Shown here in pieces: positions 38,752-49,172 of a DNA stretch of 64,000 nt. The notes below the pieces were generated by a model. That model did not search any database. It had not been told where the DNA came from and saw only the letters and a program-made list of their open reading frames with translations. Made by a program: the position numbers and the translations under genes. The stretch lies in the UHGV virus genome UHGV-1455077. The stretch is one strand, 5' to 3'. Positions within the stretch are counted from its first letter, which is position 1, and the number at the start of each line of letters is the position of its first letter. The DNA is from a virus.

Positions 38752-40113
38752 ATGACTGTTGATGTTAATTATTGGTATAATGCACAAATAAGAACTCTTG
38801 TTCTTCATACTCAACGTTTATTTTCAAATTTTTATATTTCAACTGGTAAAGATGAAAATGGTCAAGATAAATTAAAACGAATACCTGTTGTGTTTATGAC
38901 AACTGATAAATCCGTTGCATCTATAATTAACAAAAATACTGATACTATTCTTGAAACTGTTCCTAAAATGGTATTAACAATTTCTGAAATTCGTTTAAAT
39001 AATGATTTAATTAGCGGCTCACCATATTATGAATATGAAAGTGAAGTTACTGAAAAAAAATTTAATGATGAAATTGGGAACTATGAATATGAACCTGGAA
39101 ATTCATATCATATTAAAAGATTAAATCCAGTTCCAATTGGATTTGTATTTAAATTATATATTTTAACAACCAAATTAGAACAAAAATTTCAATTGTTAGA
39201 ACAAATTAGAGCATTATTTTCACCAACATTAGAATTACAAACTTCTGAAAACCCATTGGACTGGACACGTTTAACTTCAATCACTTTAACAGGTTTAAAT
39301 TGGTCATCAAAAGGTATTAATAGTTTAGATTCAACAGCATTAGATACTATGGATATGACTTTTGAAGTTGATACAAATTTAGATTTACCTTCTTTAATTT
39401 CAAGAAATAGAATGATTGAAAAAATTATTATGGACATTGGAGAAGCTGATACTCGTGAAAATATGTGGGGTTGGACAATGGAAGATATTATTAGAACTTA
39501 CTATACTCCATCTGATTCAACAATAATTGTTTCAAACAATACTGATGTACAACTTGTTCCAAACAAAAATATTAAAACTTGGTATAATTTATTTAAAATG
39601 TATGGGCTTAAATATAATAAATCTAAAAATAACACCTATCTTCATTGTATGATTAATTATGATATTGATAAACAAAAAGAGGTTCTTGGCAATTTAACAA
39701 TCAATGAAAATGACCCAACAAAAGCAAACTGGATTATTAATGAAGACATTTTACCAACTGCAAATATTCCTGCTGTAAATGCAATTATTGACCCACACGA
39801 CACTAAACCTACAAATGTTGAAGGTGAGCGTTATTTATTGGCTGAAGATTTAGGAAATAATACAAAATTATGGGGAAAATTATTAGATAAATCTGGAAAA
39901 GAAGTTTCATCAATCCCTGAAAATTGTATAATTGAATATAAAAATGGATTTTGGACTTTATCATTAAATCCAATAGAAGAACCAGCAATTTATTATTTAA
40001 GAGATAATTCAGATGCAAAATTTTTATATACTTGGAATGAAGATTATTCAGTTTGGGTTGACGTAATTAATAAAAAATATAGACCTGGTTTTTGGAGAAT
40101 ATCACAAATATAA
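38752..40113 (+). CDS. hypothetical protein, likely late/structural
   Basis: 453-aa ORF with a late motif upstream. Confidence 0.5.
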   Translation: MTVDVNYWYNAQIRTLVLHTQRLFSNFYISTGKDENGQDKLKRIPVVFMTTDKSVASIINKNTDTILETVPKMVLTISEIRLNNDLISGSPYYEYESEVTEKKFNDEIGNYEYEPGNSYHIKRLNPVPIGFVFKLYILTTKLEQKFQLLEQIRALFSPTLELQTSENPLDWTRLTSITLTGLNWSSKGINSLDSTALDTMDMTFEVDTNLDLPSLISRNRMIEKIIMDIGEADTRENMWGWTMEDIIRTYYTPSDSTIIVSNNTDVQLVPNKNIKTWYNLFKMYGLKYNKSKNNTYLHCMINYDIDKQKEVLGNLTINENDPTKANWIINEDILPTANIPAVNAIIDPHDTKPTNVEGERYLLAEDLGNNTKLWGKLLDKSGKEVSSIPENCIIEYKNGFWTLSLNPIEEPAIYYLRDNSDAKFLYTWNEDYSVWVDVINKKYRPGFWRISQI

Positions 40114-40120
40114 TAAATAT
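40113..40120 (+). promoter_or_regulatory. late-promoter-like motif ATAAATAT
   Basis: 26 nt before the ATG at 40147. Confidence 0.45.
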
Positions 40121-40146
40121 TTTTATAATTAAAGAATAAGGAATTT

Positions 40147-40695
40147 ATGATGGCAATGGATTTAAAATCAATTTTGGAAACTATGAAAAAAACATATTCT
40201 TTTAGAGTTAAAATTGCGGCTGATATTTCAGAAGAAAGTTTAAAAAGTGTTGATACAATTTTAACTGTTAAAGGTATGTCTAAAAGAACAAAACCAGAAG
40301 CATTACCTTTAGCATCAACACCATATGATTTCCCAAGATTACAAGGTTTTTTTGGAACAATTTATAAATTTGAAATGGATTTTGAATATCCAATTACTCC
40401 TTCTCAAATTGTTAATGAATTATCAACACAATTAGGATTAGATAGAGCTTATATTGTTGTAAGAAATATTGATGCCCCTGTTGAACAATATGAATCAACA
40501 TATTTAGAATATAAAGATGAAGATTATATTTCACAATTAGTTCAAGATGAAATTGATAATAAAATTAATGCAGAAGATTACTATGGTGATAAGTACAATG
40601 AAGAATTAGTTAAAGCTTTACAAACAAAAGAAGCCAAAAAGCATCAGCAAGGTTTTAAAGAATTAGATAAAAAGAAATATAAAGGTGCAGAATAA
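40147..40695 (+). CDS. hypothetical protein
   Basis: 182-aa ORF with RBS TAAGGAATTT. Confidence 0.5.
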   Translation: MMAMDLKSILETMKKTYSFRVKIAADISEESLKSVDTILTVKGMSKRTKPEALPLASTPYDFPRLQGFFGTIYKFEMDFEYPITPSQIVNELSTQLGLDRAYIVVRNIDAPVEQYESTYLEYKDEDYISQLVQDEIDNKINAEDYYGDKYNEELVKALQTKEAKKHQQGFKELDKKKYKGAE

Positions 40696-40724
40696 AAAAG
40701 GTGGTATTTTTACCACCTTTTTAA
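40695..40724. terminator. bidirectional terminator
   Basis: AAAAAAGGTGGTA-tttt-TACCACCTTTTTAATTT. Confidence 0.65.
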
Positions 40725-41488
40725 TTTGTAGAACCAACAACAATTCCGACTTTTGATGAAATATCATTTTTTCCACAAAAAACAATTTTATCAGCAAATA
40801 CTTTAATTTTATATTCATCATTAACCGCCATTGCTTTAAACATATTAATAAAATATTCAACGGAAAAATACATATTATCTTTAAATTCAATATTTTCTTC
40901 TTTATCAGAAATCTTAATTAAACCATTATCAATTGTTTGATTCTCATTTCCAAATAAAACAAAAATTCCTTCTGATGTATTTTTTAATCTAAAATTTTTT
41001 TCTGAAAGTAATGAACTCATTTTACTAATATTTTTAACAATTTCTTCTGTTATATAATCATCGCCTTCACCAGAAAATTCTTTTAAATTTAATTTTTTCT
41101 TTGTATAATTAGCTAATAAATCTTGCTGGCTTGATACCATATTATAACTTTGCAAATAATGATTAACTTTCAATCGTCCTGATGTAAATGTTGCTAAATG
41201 AGGATAATTATAATCATTATATGCTAATTTCACCTTCATTTTTTCTTCATTTTCACCAGAAAATGTACCTAAAATTGAACTCATTACGCTCCAATCTCTA
41301 ATTGCAAATTCTTTTTCTTCATAATTATCTTCATTAGATTCAGCATATACAAACACTTTATCATCAAATGTACGACAAGATATACAACAATGAGAAGTTG
41401 ATGACGGATATACAACAACTGGTTTAAACTCAAATTTGCTAAACAATTTATTCACATCTAAAAACATTTTTTCTAACATTTCTTTCAT
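40721..41488 (-). CDS. hypothetical protein downstream of the DNA polymerase (weak sliding-clamp-like C-terminus)
   Basis: 255 aa. The C-terminus KIKVFADKIVFCGKNDISSKVGIVVGS loosely resembles the clamp terminus of T4 gp45. Its size and position next to the polymerase are the only other support. Confidence 0.3.
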   Translation of the reverse strand: MKEMLEKMFLDVNKLFSKFEFKPVVVYPSSTSHCCISCRTFDDKVFVYAESNEDNYEEKEFAIRDWSVMSSILGTFSGENEEKMKVKLAYNDYNYPHLATFTSGRLKVNHYLQSYNMVSSQQDLLANYTKKKLNLKEFSGEGDDYITEEIVKNISKMSSLLSEKNFRLKNTSEGIFVLFGNENQTIDNGLIKISDKEENIEFKDNMYFSVEYFINMFKAMAVNDEYKIKVFADKIVFCGKNDISSKVGIVVGSTN

Positions 41489-41512
41489 CCTTTTTTATAA
41501 TATATCTTAATT

Positions 41513-44440
41513 TTAAACCAATGTCAAAAATCCACCTAAATCATCATCAATAGTTTGAATAGCTGATTTCATTGATAAATTCCAATTTAATGAACCAAAA
41601 ATTGAATCCATTGTTGTATCAACAATTGTATCAGACATATCTGCTTCATCAAATGGTAACTTTGCAAACCATTCTGGAACATCTGACAAATCTCTTGGAT
41701 AAGCAATTGAAGTCATATTAAATGGATTATTTTTTTTCAATTTACAAACAACAATTTTATTTCCATCCAAAATTCTTGTTGTAGATGTATCGCCATTAAT
41801 TTCTAACATACGATTATAATTAATAGATGCCATAACGTGTCCTGGAACTCTTGCTTTTGGATTTTGACGATATTCTTCTGTATATTTGGTTAAACCATTA
41901 ACAGCTTTTGGTGTTCCTTTTTCCCAAGGTTGTAATGTATTCCATTCATCATTATAAAATGATTTAATAATATCAATTAATTCTTCTTTTTTACCAACCG
42001 ATAATAAAGATTCCATCATTTTCTTTAATAATTTTCTAACAATCATTGGAGTATCAGAACGTTGAATTTGTAAACCTTTAATTTTTAATTTTCCTGCTTT
42101 TCCGTGAACATCATAACGTTCTCCCTCATTATCAAATACCATTAAAGCATAACGTTTTTTTGAAACATACAATCCACGAGTTGCAACAATTTCTCGTGCG
42201 GCTTTAATGATTTTTGCATTTTCATCTGTAACGTGAAAAATGCTTTTTACGTGTTCAGCATAGGAACTGTCCACTTGTTGAGAAATCTCATCTACATATT
42301 TCATAACATTTTCTTTAGTAAAAACAAAATCAGGATGTTTTTCTTTAAATTCAGGTCTTGACAATGCAAAATATGTTGAATCAGTATCACCATAAACAAC
42401 AATACCGCCTGTATGCTTATATGTTCCAACTGCAATTTCATTTAATTTACTTGCCATATGTTGAACAATTTTTCTACCAGAAGCAGTTGTTGATGCTCCT
42501 AATCTAAAATCATAAAAAATTGAACCTGTATTCAACAATGCACCATATGATGAATTTAAATTAATTTTTCTTAAATATTGTTCCAAATCCCAATAATCTT
42601 CTTTTTCTTTATAATAATCTTTATGAATAGGCTCAATAATATTATCATTAAGAATTAAATTATATTCTTCCATATAATTTTGTATTCCATCATAATCACA
42701 ATTATCAATTAAAGTTTTTAATTCTTTTAAATCATATTCCTTAAAATCATATTCAGGTTCATACGGTTTAATATGTTGTTTAATATCATCCGAAACTTTA
42801 ATACCATCTTTTAAATTACGATACATTTTAGATTTAGCTTTCATTGATTTTCTATCCGCATACCATTCAGATAGAATTTTAGCAACTAATCCTTGCTTAT
42901 CCGTTCTAAAAAGAGTTCCAAATGCAGAAATGCATAAATTGCTTCCTTCTTCAAATACCAAATTATAAATCTCTTTAGCTGTCATTTCAGCCGTTTCACC
43001 AGTTTCTAACTGTAACTCTAAAATATCATCCGTTTGATTCATAATTTTTTGGTATTCAAGAGTACCAAACATTTCATCTCCGCCCCAAGCTTCACCCCAA
43101 GATGGAATTCTTTCACCTTTTTTAAACCATAAATTATCTTCTTCAATCTTTTTCCATAAATAAGGCATCGTATAAGTTAATTTAACTTGAGCCACAATTG
43201 TTTCAGGACTCATATTTAAACAACGAATAGTTGATGGATAAAGTGAATTTAAATCTGTATCAGAAATCCATTCGTGCATACCAACTACTGGGTCTTGAAC
43301 AAATGCACCAGGAGGTCTAATACCTTTCCATTCATCACCTTTTCCTTCAACTCTATCGGGAATATATAATCCAGAATCGTGGGCATTATTAATAACAGCT
43401 TGGTCAAACCAAGCAACTGTACCCATTGTTGCTTCTAAAGTTACTAAAATTGAATGTGCTTGTCTATTATGAATATTAATATAATTTAATTTTTTATCTA
43501 AACGAGCCAACAAATCAGTATCTTGACGGTTATATCTTAAAAATAATTCATAATCATCAAAATACAGTCTTGTTAAAGTTCCTTCATATTTAACTTTTCT
43601 ATCACCTAATTCTTCATAAGAAATATTATCCAACGAATATGATTCGTGTTCATTTGGAGTATGTTTTTTATACAATTCCAAATAATCAACTACCCATTTA
43701 CCAACAAATGAATAATTTTTTACAACACGACCATAAGTTTCAACTTCTTTACAAATTGGCTCTTGTTTCCATAAACAGTAATCTTTAATTTTTTCTTTTC
43801 CTAAAACTTTTATTGTTCTTCCAATAATATAAGGAATATCAAAAAAATCAGAGTTCCAACCAGATATTACATCAGCATCATCAAAAAATCGTATCATCAA
43901 ATCAATCAATTGTTTTTCATCTTGACACAAATAGGTATCACCAATACTATCACAAATTTTTTGAGCTTCTTCCCAAGATAAAGTATCAGGTTTAATTGTT
44001 AATGTAATTGTTTTATCAATCCAATCTAAGTAAATTGACACAGCATTAATTGCACACGGAGTTTCAGCTACCAACGTATTAATATCCCCAGATACTGCTG
44101 GGTCATAGTCAACTTCAATATCAAAAAATGCTTTATGTAATTTTGGTTCTTGACAGTTTTTATAATTCTGATATAAAACTTTATGTACCAAATTAAAATT
44201 CATCTCATATGTACGAACACCCGATTCTTTACATTGTTTCTTATGAGTATAAAATTCATTATATTTTCTTAATGTTATTTTCTTCAAACGTTGACCATCA
44301 ATTCCCATATCATATCCATTTTCATCAGGAACTAAATACTCATAAATTAATGGATAAGTTGTTGTTACTCGCTCACCATTAATACGTTCAGAAACAAATA
44401 GTAAATTATTTTGTCTATCTAAATAAGTGCCTACATACAT
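41513..44440 (-). CDS. DNA polymerase, family B (T4 gp43-like)
   Basis: Exo I FDIEVDY, Pol motif A DTDLNSLYPSTI, Pol motif B KINLNSSYGAL and Pol motif C VVYGDTDSTYF are all present. The ORF track's TTG start at 44488 has no RBS. The ATG at 44440 (MYVGTY...) follows AGAGAGGATAATTAT. Confidence 0.9.
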   Translation of the reverse strand: MYVGTYLDRQNNLLFVSERINGERVTTTYPLIYEYLVPDENGYDMGIDGQRLKKITLRKYNEFYTHKKQCKESGVRTYEMNFNLVHKVLYQNYKNCQEPKLHKAFFDIEVDYDPAVSGDINTLVAETPCAINAVSIYLDWIDKTITLTIKPDTLSWEEAQKICDSIGDTYLCQDEKQLIDLMIRFFDDADVISGWNSDFFDIPYIIGRTIKVLGKEKIKDYCLWKQEPICKEVETYGRVVKNYSFVGKWVVDYLELYKKHTPNEHESYSLDNISYEELGDRKVKYEGTLTRLYFDDYELFLRYNRQDTDLLARLDKKLNYINIHNRQAHSILVTLEATMGTVAWFDQAVINNAHDSGLYIPDRVEGKGDEWKGIRPPGAFVQDPVVGMHEWISDTDLNSLYPSTIRCLNMSPETIVAQVKLTYTMPYLWKKIEEDNLWFKKGERIPSWGEAWGGDEMFGTLEYQKIMNQTDDILELQLETGETAEMTAKEIYNLVFEEGSNLCISAFGTLFRTDKQGLVAKILSEWYADRKSMKAKSKMYRNLKDGIKVSDDIKQHIKPYEPEYDFKEYDLKELKTLIDNCDYDGIQNYMEEYNLILNDNIIEPIHKDYYKEKEDYWDLEQYLRKINLNSSYGALLNTGSIFYDFRLGASTTASGRKIVQHMASKLNEIAVGTYKHTGGIVVYGDTDSTYFALSRPEFKEKHPDFVFTKENVMKYVDEISQQVDSSYAEHVKSIFHVTDENAKIIKAAREIVATRGLYVSKKRYALMVFDNEGERYDVHGKAGKLKIKGLQIQRSDTPMIVRKLLKKMMESLLSVGKKEELIDIIKSFYNDEWNTLQPWEKGTPKAVNGLTKYTEEYRQNPKARVPGHVMASINYNRMLEINGDTSTTRILDGNKIVVCKLKKNNPFNMTSIAYPRDLSDVPEWFAKLPFDEADMSDTIVDTTMDSIFGSLNWNLSMKSAIQTIDDDLGGFLTLV

Positions 44441-44499
44441 ATAATTATCCTCTCTTAAATTACCATCATAATATAACTTAAGATACAATAATTTTCAAT

Positions 44500-44715
44500 T
44501 TAAAATTCTCCACCATCTATTTTTAATTCAGTTGAATCATTTGATATTGAAGAATTTGAAAAATGTTTTTCAGTTAATTCAGACATTATTTCAAAAATAA
44601 TATAACCCAAATCATCAATTTCCTGTAAAGAAAATTTAACTTCTTTTACTCTTTGTTTTTTAGCTTCTAATAACTTTTTATTAAAATTTTTTAATACAAA
44701 ATCTCGGCTTATCAT
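44500..44715 (-). CDS. hypothetical small protein
   Basis: 71-aa ORF in a chain of four tightly packed small genes upstream of the polymerase. Confidence 0.4.
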   Translation of the reverse strand: MISRDFVLKNFNKKLLEAKKQRVKEVKFSLQEIDDLGYIIFEIMSELTEKHFSNSSISNDSTELKIDGGEF

Positions 44716-44945
44716 TTTCCTTCCTTAGTTGTAAATAATTCTTCAAATTTTATTTTAGATTTCCCAATATAAGTGCAGTTTTCTAAAATATACTTAGTTT
44801 CCAAATATCTCGTTTGATTATTATCATACAATACATCAAATGGTTTGTACACAGCATAATCTGTATCTTTTATCATATCATAAATAAAAAAACGTCTGTT
44901 TTTATTATTATCATACCACACTTCATTAACTTTTGGCTTTTTCAT
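44712..44945 (-). CDS. hypothetical small protein
   Basis: 77-aa ORF. Its stop overlaps the downstream start by 4 nt. Confidence 0.4.
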   Translation of the reverse strand: MKKPKVNEVWYDNNKNRRFFIYDMIKDTDYAVYKPFDVLYDNNQTRYLETKYILENCTYIGKSKIKFEELFTTKEGK

Positions 44946-45350
44946 TTAATTTTCTCCTTCATCACATAATGAATACCACATACTTGGTTCTTCATTGTTG
45001 AAAATAAGTTCTCTAATTAAATTAAAAACTTCTTTTTTAAATTTTTTTGAAATAACTTTTCCATCATAAAAAATATTATATTTTTTATAATTTACAAATT
45101 TAAGTGAACCATAAGGCAAAAAATCATAACTAAAAACAATTGTAAAAGTCGTTTTTTTATTAAGTTGAAATATAATATGGCGAATAGGGTAACTCCTTGA
45201 TGGAAACACATCATCATAAAATTTTACAATTTTATTAAAAGAATCATAATTGTTATAAATTTCAATTTTTAATTTATTAACTTGCTCTTTTTCATTTAAA
45301 TATTTCTTATAACAATTTTTTAAAAAATGTTTCATAAACCAAATTTTCAT
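44946..45350 (-). CDS. hypothetical protein
   Basis: 134-aa ORF abutting its neighbours. Confidence 0.45.
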   Translation of the reverse strand: MKIWFMKHFLKNCYKKYLNEKEQVNKLKIEIYNNYDSFNKIVKFYDDVFPSRSYPIRHIIFQLNKKTTFTIVFSYDFLPYGSLKFVNYKKYNIFYDGKVISKKFKKEVFNLIRELIFNNEEPSMWYSLCDEGEN

Positions 45351-45652
45351 TATTTTACTCCAAACTTTTTTGGGTCATCATATTTTTGAATTATTGTTCC
45401 ATCATTACAAATAACATAATCTATTATATAATATGTAATAGAATTACACATTCTAACACAACCTCTATCTTCATATTCTGTATAGGATTTAATTAAAAAG
45501 CTTTTAGCCCCACCAAAACTATCACATTTTTCCTCTATTTGTTTAATATCACTATTATTTAATGGAGCAGAAGATGAATAATCATCGCACGCAAATAATA
45601 AAATTGTACTTAATATAATTAACATTATTTTATGAATATTTAAAAATTTCAT
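45350..45652 (-). CDS. putative lipoprotein
   Basis: Signal peptide with lipobox MKFLNIHKIMLIILSTILLFAC|DDYSS. RBS is GGAAG. Confidence 0.5.
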   Translation of the reverse strand: MKFLNIHKIMLIILSTILLFACDDYSSSAPLNNSDIKQIEEKCDSFGGAKSFLIKSYTEYEDRGCVRMCNSITYYIIDYVICNDGTIIQKYDDPKKFGVK

Positions 45653-45674
45653 TTCTATACTTCCTGTTTTTTAA

Positions 45675-45703
45675 CAAGGTTAAGGCATTATGCCTTAACC
45701 TTG
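45675..45703. other. strong 13-bp-stem hairpin overlapping the RtcB stop codon
   Basis: CAAGGTTAAGGCA-tta-TGCCTTAACCTTG is GC-rich for this genome. It lacks a clear downstream U-run on the minus strand. Confidence 0.5.
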
Positions 45704-46906
45704 TGCTTTAAAGTTATAAATTGGAATGATACGGTCAACAATATCAACAGTTTCACCAATTGCATCAATAATAACATTCATATCTTTATATGCCATTGGA
45801 GATTCATCTAAAGTTGATTCTGATACACACGAAGACCAAACATCTACCATCTTATCTTGAAATTCTTCAATTGATAAAATAGACTTTGCTTTTCCTCGTG
45901 AAAGAACTCGTCCTGCACCGTGCGGTGCAGATTGATTCCATTCATCATTTCCTTTACCAACACCAACTATTGAACCATCTTTCATATTTAATGGAATAAT
46001 TACTCGTTCTCCCTTTTTCGCAGAAATAGCACCTTTACGAATAATCATTTCCCGATTACCAAGAAATTCAATATAATTATGATGAGTAAAAATTGAATCA
46101 ACAACATTCCAACCCATATGTGAACATATTTCGTGAACAATAACCTTATGATTTACAGTTGCAAATTCTTCAGCTACCTTCATATGCTCAACATACAAAT
46201 CTAAATCTTCACCATCCAAATAACGTAATTCTGGTGGCAATTTGTTAACTTCAATATGATTTTGCAACCATTCCTGACGTTCCTTTGGTGGAATTTGTGA
46301 TAAAGCATATGCTCTTTTTGCATCAAGACGCTCTTGATGAATTCTAATCGCTTTATCTTGATGAAAATCACAAATCTTCTTTCCAAAATTTCTTGAACCA
46401 CAATGAACAGAAAGCCATAAATAACCATCTTTATCTTTGTTTATTTCCAAGAAGTGATTACCACCACCCAAAGTTCCAATTGATTTTAAGTGACGATTAT
46501 ATCCATTTTCATCACCAATTTCCTTGCAAACCTTTTCAATTTTAGCTTTTAATTCATTGGTAACTAACTTGGAAACAGTTGAGCGAATAGACATTCCTGA
46601 TGGAACATACTTACGAATAACATTATCCAATTGCTCAAAATCAACTTCTTTAACATCAAGTTTATAAGTTGAAATAGAACAGGAAATATCAACACCAACC
46701 AAATTCGGAATGATTCTATCTTTAATTGATGCAGTAAATCCAACTACGCAACCTTTACCAGCGTGGCAATCAGGCATAATACGAATTTGTGAATCCTTAA
46801 ATATTTCTTGTGAACACAAAGTTACTAACTGTCCCACGCATTCTTCTTCAATCTGGTCAGTCATTACTACTGCTGAATTATATTTTCCTTTAATTTCTAA
46901 TTTCAT
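45695..46906 (-). CDS. rtcB: RNA ligase RtcB (3'-phosphate/5'-hydroxyl RNA ligase)
   Basis: RtcB signature HGAGR in SAPHGAGRVLSRGKAK. N-terminal Cys/His metal ligands (MPDCHAGKGC) are present. Size is 403 aa. Confidence 0.85.
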   Translation of the reverse strand: MKLEIKGKYNSAVVMTDQIEEECVGQLVTLCSQEIFKDSQIRIMPDCHAGKGCVVGFTASIKDRIIPNLVGVDISCSISTYKLDVKEVDFEQLDNVIRKYVPSGMSIRSTVSKLVTNELKAKIEKVCKEIGDENGYNRHLKSIGTLGGGNHFLEINKDKDGYLWLSVHCGSRNFGKKICDFHQDKAIRIHQERLDAKRAYALSQIPPKERQEWLQNHIEVNKLPPELRYLDGEDLDLYVEHMKVAEEFATVNHKVIVHEICSHMGWNVVDSIFTHHNYIEFLGNREMIIRKGAISAKKGERVIIPLNMKDGSIVGVGKGNDEWNQSAPHGAGRVLSRGKAKSILSIEEFQDKMVDVWSSCVSESTLDESPMAYKDMNVIIDAIGETVDIVDRIIPIYNFKAQG

Positions 46907-46932
46907 TTTTTATTTCCTTTGCTTAATAAAAT

Positions 46933-46966
46933 AAAAACTATGATATATAAATACCATAGTTTTTTC
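46933..46966 (-). terminator. terminator hairpin
   Basis: AAAAACTATG...CATAGTTTTT, followed on the minus strand by TTTTATTTTATT. Confidence 0.45.
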
Positions 46967-46991
46967 ATTTGTCAAGAGAGAAAATATATTT

Positions 46992-47336
46992 TTATTGTTT
47001 TTCTTCAAAAATATTCCTTAATCCTTGGCATCTTTGTCCATTATTCCAATAGTTATTAAAATTATCCTTAATAAATTTACCATCTTTTTTAGCTGATACT
47101 TGATAATCTGGTAAGTTTATTTCTTTTTCCCATAATTTACTTTCAATTTCATTTAATAATTTTACAAATTTTTTCTGCCATTTTGCTGGCATAGATTGTA
47201 AAACACTTCTTGGTAAAACTAAATAATGAGCATAAGATAATCCAAAGAAAGAATGTATAAAATCATCTTCATCATAATTTTTTATAAATTTTAATTTATT
47301 TGATATTAAATAATACATTCTTTTTAAAATATTCAT
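46992..47336 (-). CDS. hypothetical protein
   Basis: 114-aa ORF directly downstream of glyA. Confidence 0.4.
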   Translation of the reverse strand: MNILKRMYYLISNKLKFIKNYDEDDFIHSFFGLSYAHYLVLPRSVLQSMPAKWQKKFVKLLNEIESKLWEKEINLPDYQVSAKKDGKFIKDNFNNYWNNGQRCQGLRNIFEEKQ

Positions 47337-47338
47337 TT

Positions 47339-48766
47339 TTAATCCTTTTTATAAATTGGATGTTCTAAACAAAAATGTTCTACACCTTCTTTAATAAGCA
47401 TTAAAGCGGCTTCTTCATTTGTTAATTTTCTTCCTTCACAATTTTCAAAAGATTCTTTAATAAAATCAATTCCTTCATAATCATAATCACCTTCTAAAAT
47501 TTCAATAATATGAGCAATCTGATGAGCAATCCACGCACAATCATTTTCAGTTGCACCTCTTGTTGTTATTGCCGCTGTTCCCAATCTAATACCAGAAGTT
47601 TCAGATTTTGGTTTAGGGTCATCTTTAACAGCATTTTTATTAACAACAATTCCAACTTCAGATAATTTATCTTCAACTTGTTTACCTGAAATACCATATT
47701 TTCTTACATCAAGAAGAATCAAATGATTATCAGAACCACCAGAAACCATTGGAATTCGTCTTTCTTCAAAAACTTTTTCCATTGCTTTAATATTTTTAAG
47801 AATTTGTTCTTGATATTGTTTAAATTCTGGTGTTAATGCTTCTTCAAAACAAATTGCTTTACCAGCAATAATATGTTCAAGAGGGCCTCCTTGAATGCCA
47901 GGAAATACGGCTTTATCAATTTTTTTACCTAATTCTTCGTTATTTGAAATAATAATACCACCACGAGTACCACGTAGAGTTTTATGAGTAGTTGAAGTAA
48001 CAACATCTGCATAAAGAAGTGGAGATGGATGTAAACCAGTTGCAACTAATCCTGCAATATGAGCCATATCAACCATTAAATAACAATAAGTATTATTATA
48101 TATTGATGAAATTAACTCATTTGTTACATCAATTGTTTTTCCATAAAATCTTACAGTATTATTCACAAAACCTGGATTTTCCACTACGGAGTGAATAATA
48201 TAATCTTTTAAGTCTTTATTATATTTGTCAACAATTTCTCGAATTCTTTTAAAATCAATAATTCTTGAATATGCAGATGCACCAACAATTAAAATTCTTG
48301 GAAAATGTTGATAAAGTTTTTCTTTAATTTCGTCATAATTAATAATACCATCTTCATCTAAACCATACGAAACTGCATTATATAATTTACCTGATGCAGA
48401 TACTTTACTTCCGTGTGTTAGATGACCCCCTGCATCCAATGACATACCTAAAATTGTATCATCTGGTTTACATAAAGCTAAATAAACAGCCTGATTTGCT
48501 TGTGAACCTGAATGAGGTTGAACATTAGCCCATTTACAATTAAATAATTCTTTACATTTATCAATTGCATATTGTTCAATTTCATCAACATATCGGCAAC
48601 CACCATAATATCGTTTATTTGGATAACCTTCGGCATATTTGTTTGTTAAAATTGAACCAACTACGTTCATAATATCTTTTGATACATAATTTTCAGAAGC
48701 AATCAAACAAATTTCTTCTTCTTGTCTTCTTCTTTCTTTTTCAATAATATCAAATACTTTATTCAT
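47339..48766 (-). CDS. glyA: serine hydroxymethyltransferase (GlyA) with a ~45-aa insertion
   Basis: PLP-lysine motif [15 protein letters not shown] and HLTHGS are present. 475 aa versus ~417 typical. The extra segment lies between REIVDK and [10 protein letters not shown]. Confidence 0.9.
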   Translation of the reverse strand: MNKVFDIIEKERRRQEEEICLIASENYVSKDIMNVVGSILTNKYAEGYPNKRYYGGCRYVDEIEQYAIDKCKELFNCKWANVQPHSGSQANQAVYLALCKPDDTILGMSLDAGGHLTHGSKVSASGKLYNAVSYGLDEDGIINYDEIKEKLYQHFPRILIVGASAYSRIIDFKRIREIVDKYNKDLKDYIIHSVVENPGFVNNTVRFYGKTIDVTNELISSIYNNTYCYLMVDMAHIAGLVATGLHPSPLLYADVVTSTTHKTLRGTRGGIIISNNEELGKKIDKAVFPGIQGGPLEHIIAGKAICFEEALTPEFKQYQEQILKNIKAMEKVFEERRIPMVSGGSDNHLILLDVRKYGISGKQVEDKLSEVGIVVNKNAVKDDPKPKSETSGIRLGTAAITTRGATENDCAWIAHQIAHIIEILEGDYDYEGIDFIKESFENCEGRKLTNEEAALMLIKEGVEHFCLEHPIYKKD

Positions 48767-48986
48767 CTTTAATATAATATCCTTTACTCATTTCTGAATT
48801 AATTGACATTTTTACTTTATATTGAGAAACAAAATCTTCAACTCTTGAAATAATATTTTTCTCATCAATTAAATCTGTATTGATAGGTAATACTAATTCT
48901 TTATCACCCATTGTCAATTTTATTTCAGTTGCATTAAATACTTTATCATTTGTTCTCCAAGGTATATTTTGTATTTCAATTTTCAT
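48759..48986 (-). CDS. hypothetical small protein
   Basis: 75-aa ORF overlapping the glyA start by 8 nt. It shares an LPI(N/D)TD motif with the next small ORF. Confidence 0.4.
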   Translation of the reverse strand: MKIEIQNIPWRTNDKVFNATEIKLTMGDKELVLPINTDLIDEKNIISRVEDFVSQYKVKMSINSEMSKGYYIKDE

Positions 48987-48988
48987 TA

Positions 48989-49162
48989 ATTTTCCTCATC
49001 AAAATTTTTCATCAATTTCTTTAATTCTTTTAAATTAATTCGGCGTGTATCAATAGGTAACGTTATTGAAATATCATAAACATCAATGGTTAAATCCAAT
49101 CCTTGAATTGTTTCACCATTTTCTTCAAAATTGACTTCTTCAATTTCATAAATATCACTCAT
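48989..49162 (-). CDS. hypothetical small protein (58 aa, below the ORF-track cutoff)
   Basis: The minus-strand ATG at 49162 opens MSDIYEIEEVNFEENGETIQGLDLTIDVYDISITLPIDTRRINLKELKKLMKNFDEEN. It resembles the 75-aa neighbour. Confidence 0.35.
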
Positions 49163-49172
49163 ATATACCTCA

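Noticed and set aside
44441-44488. TTG start for the DNA polymerase at 44488, as in the ORF track
   Set aside because: No RBS precedes it. The ATG at 44440 has AGAGGA at the proper spacing and aligns with the gp43 N-terminus.
47800-48000. Possible mini-intein in the GlyA insertion
   Set aside because: The insert is about 45 aa, does not start with Cys/Ser/Thr and lacks Hint blocks. It is treated as a loop insertion.
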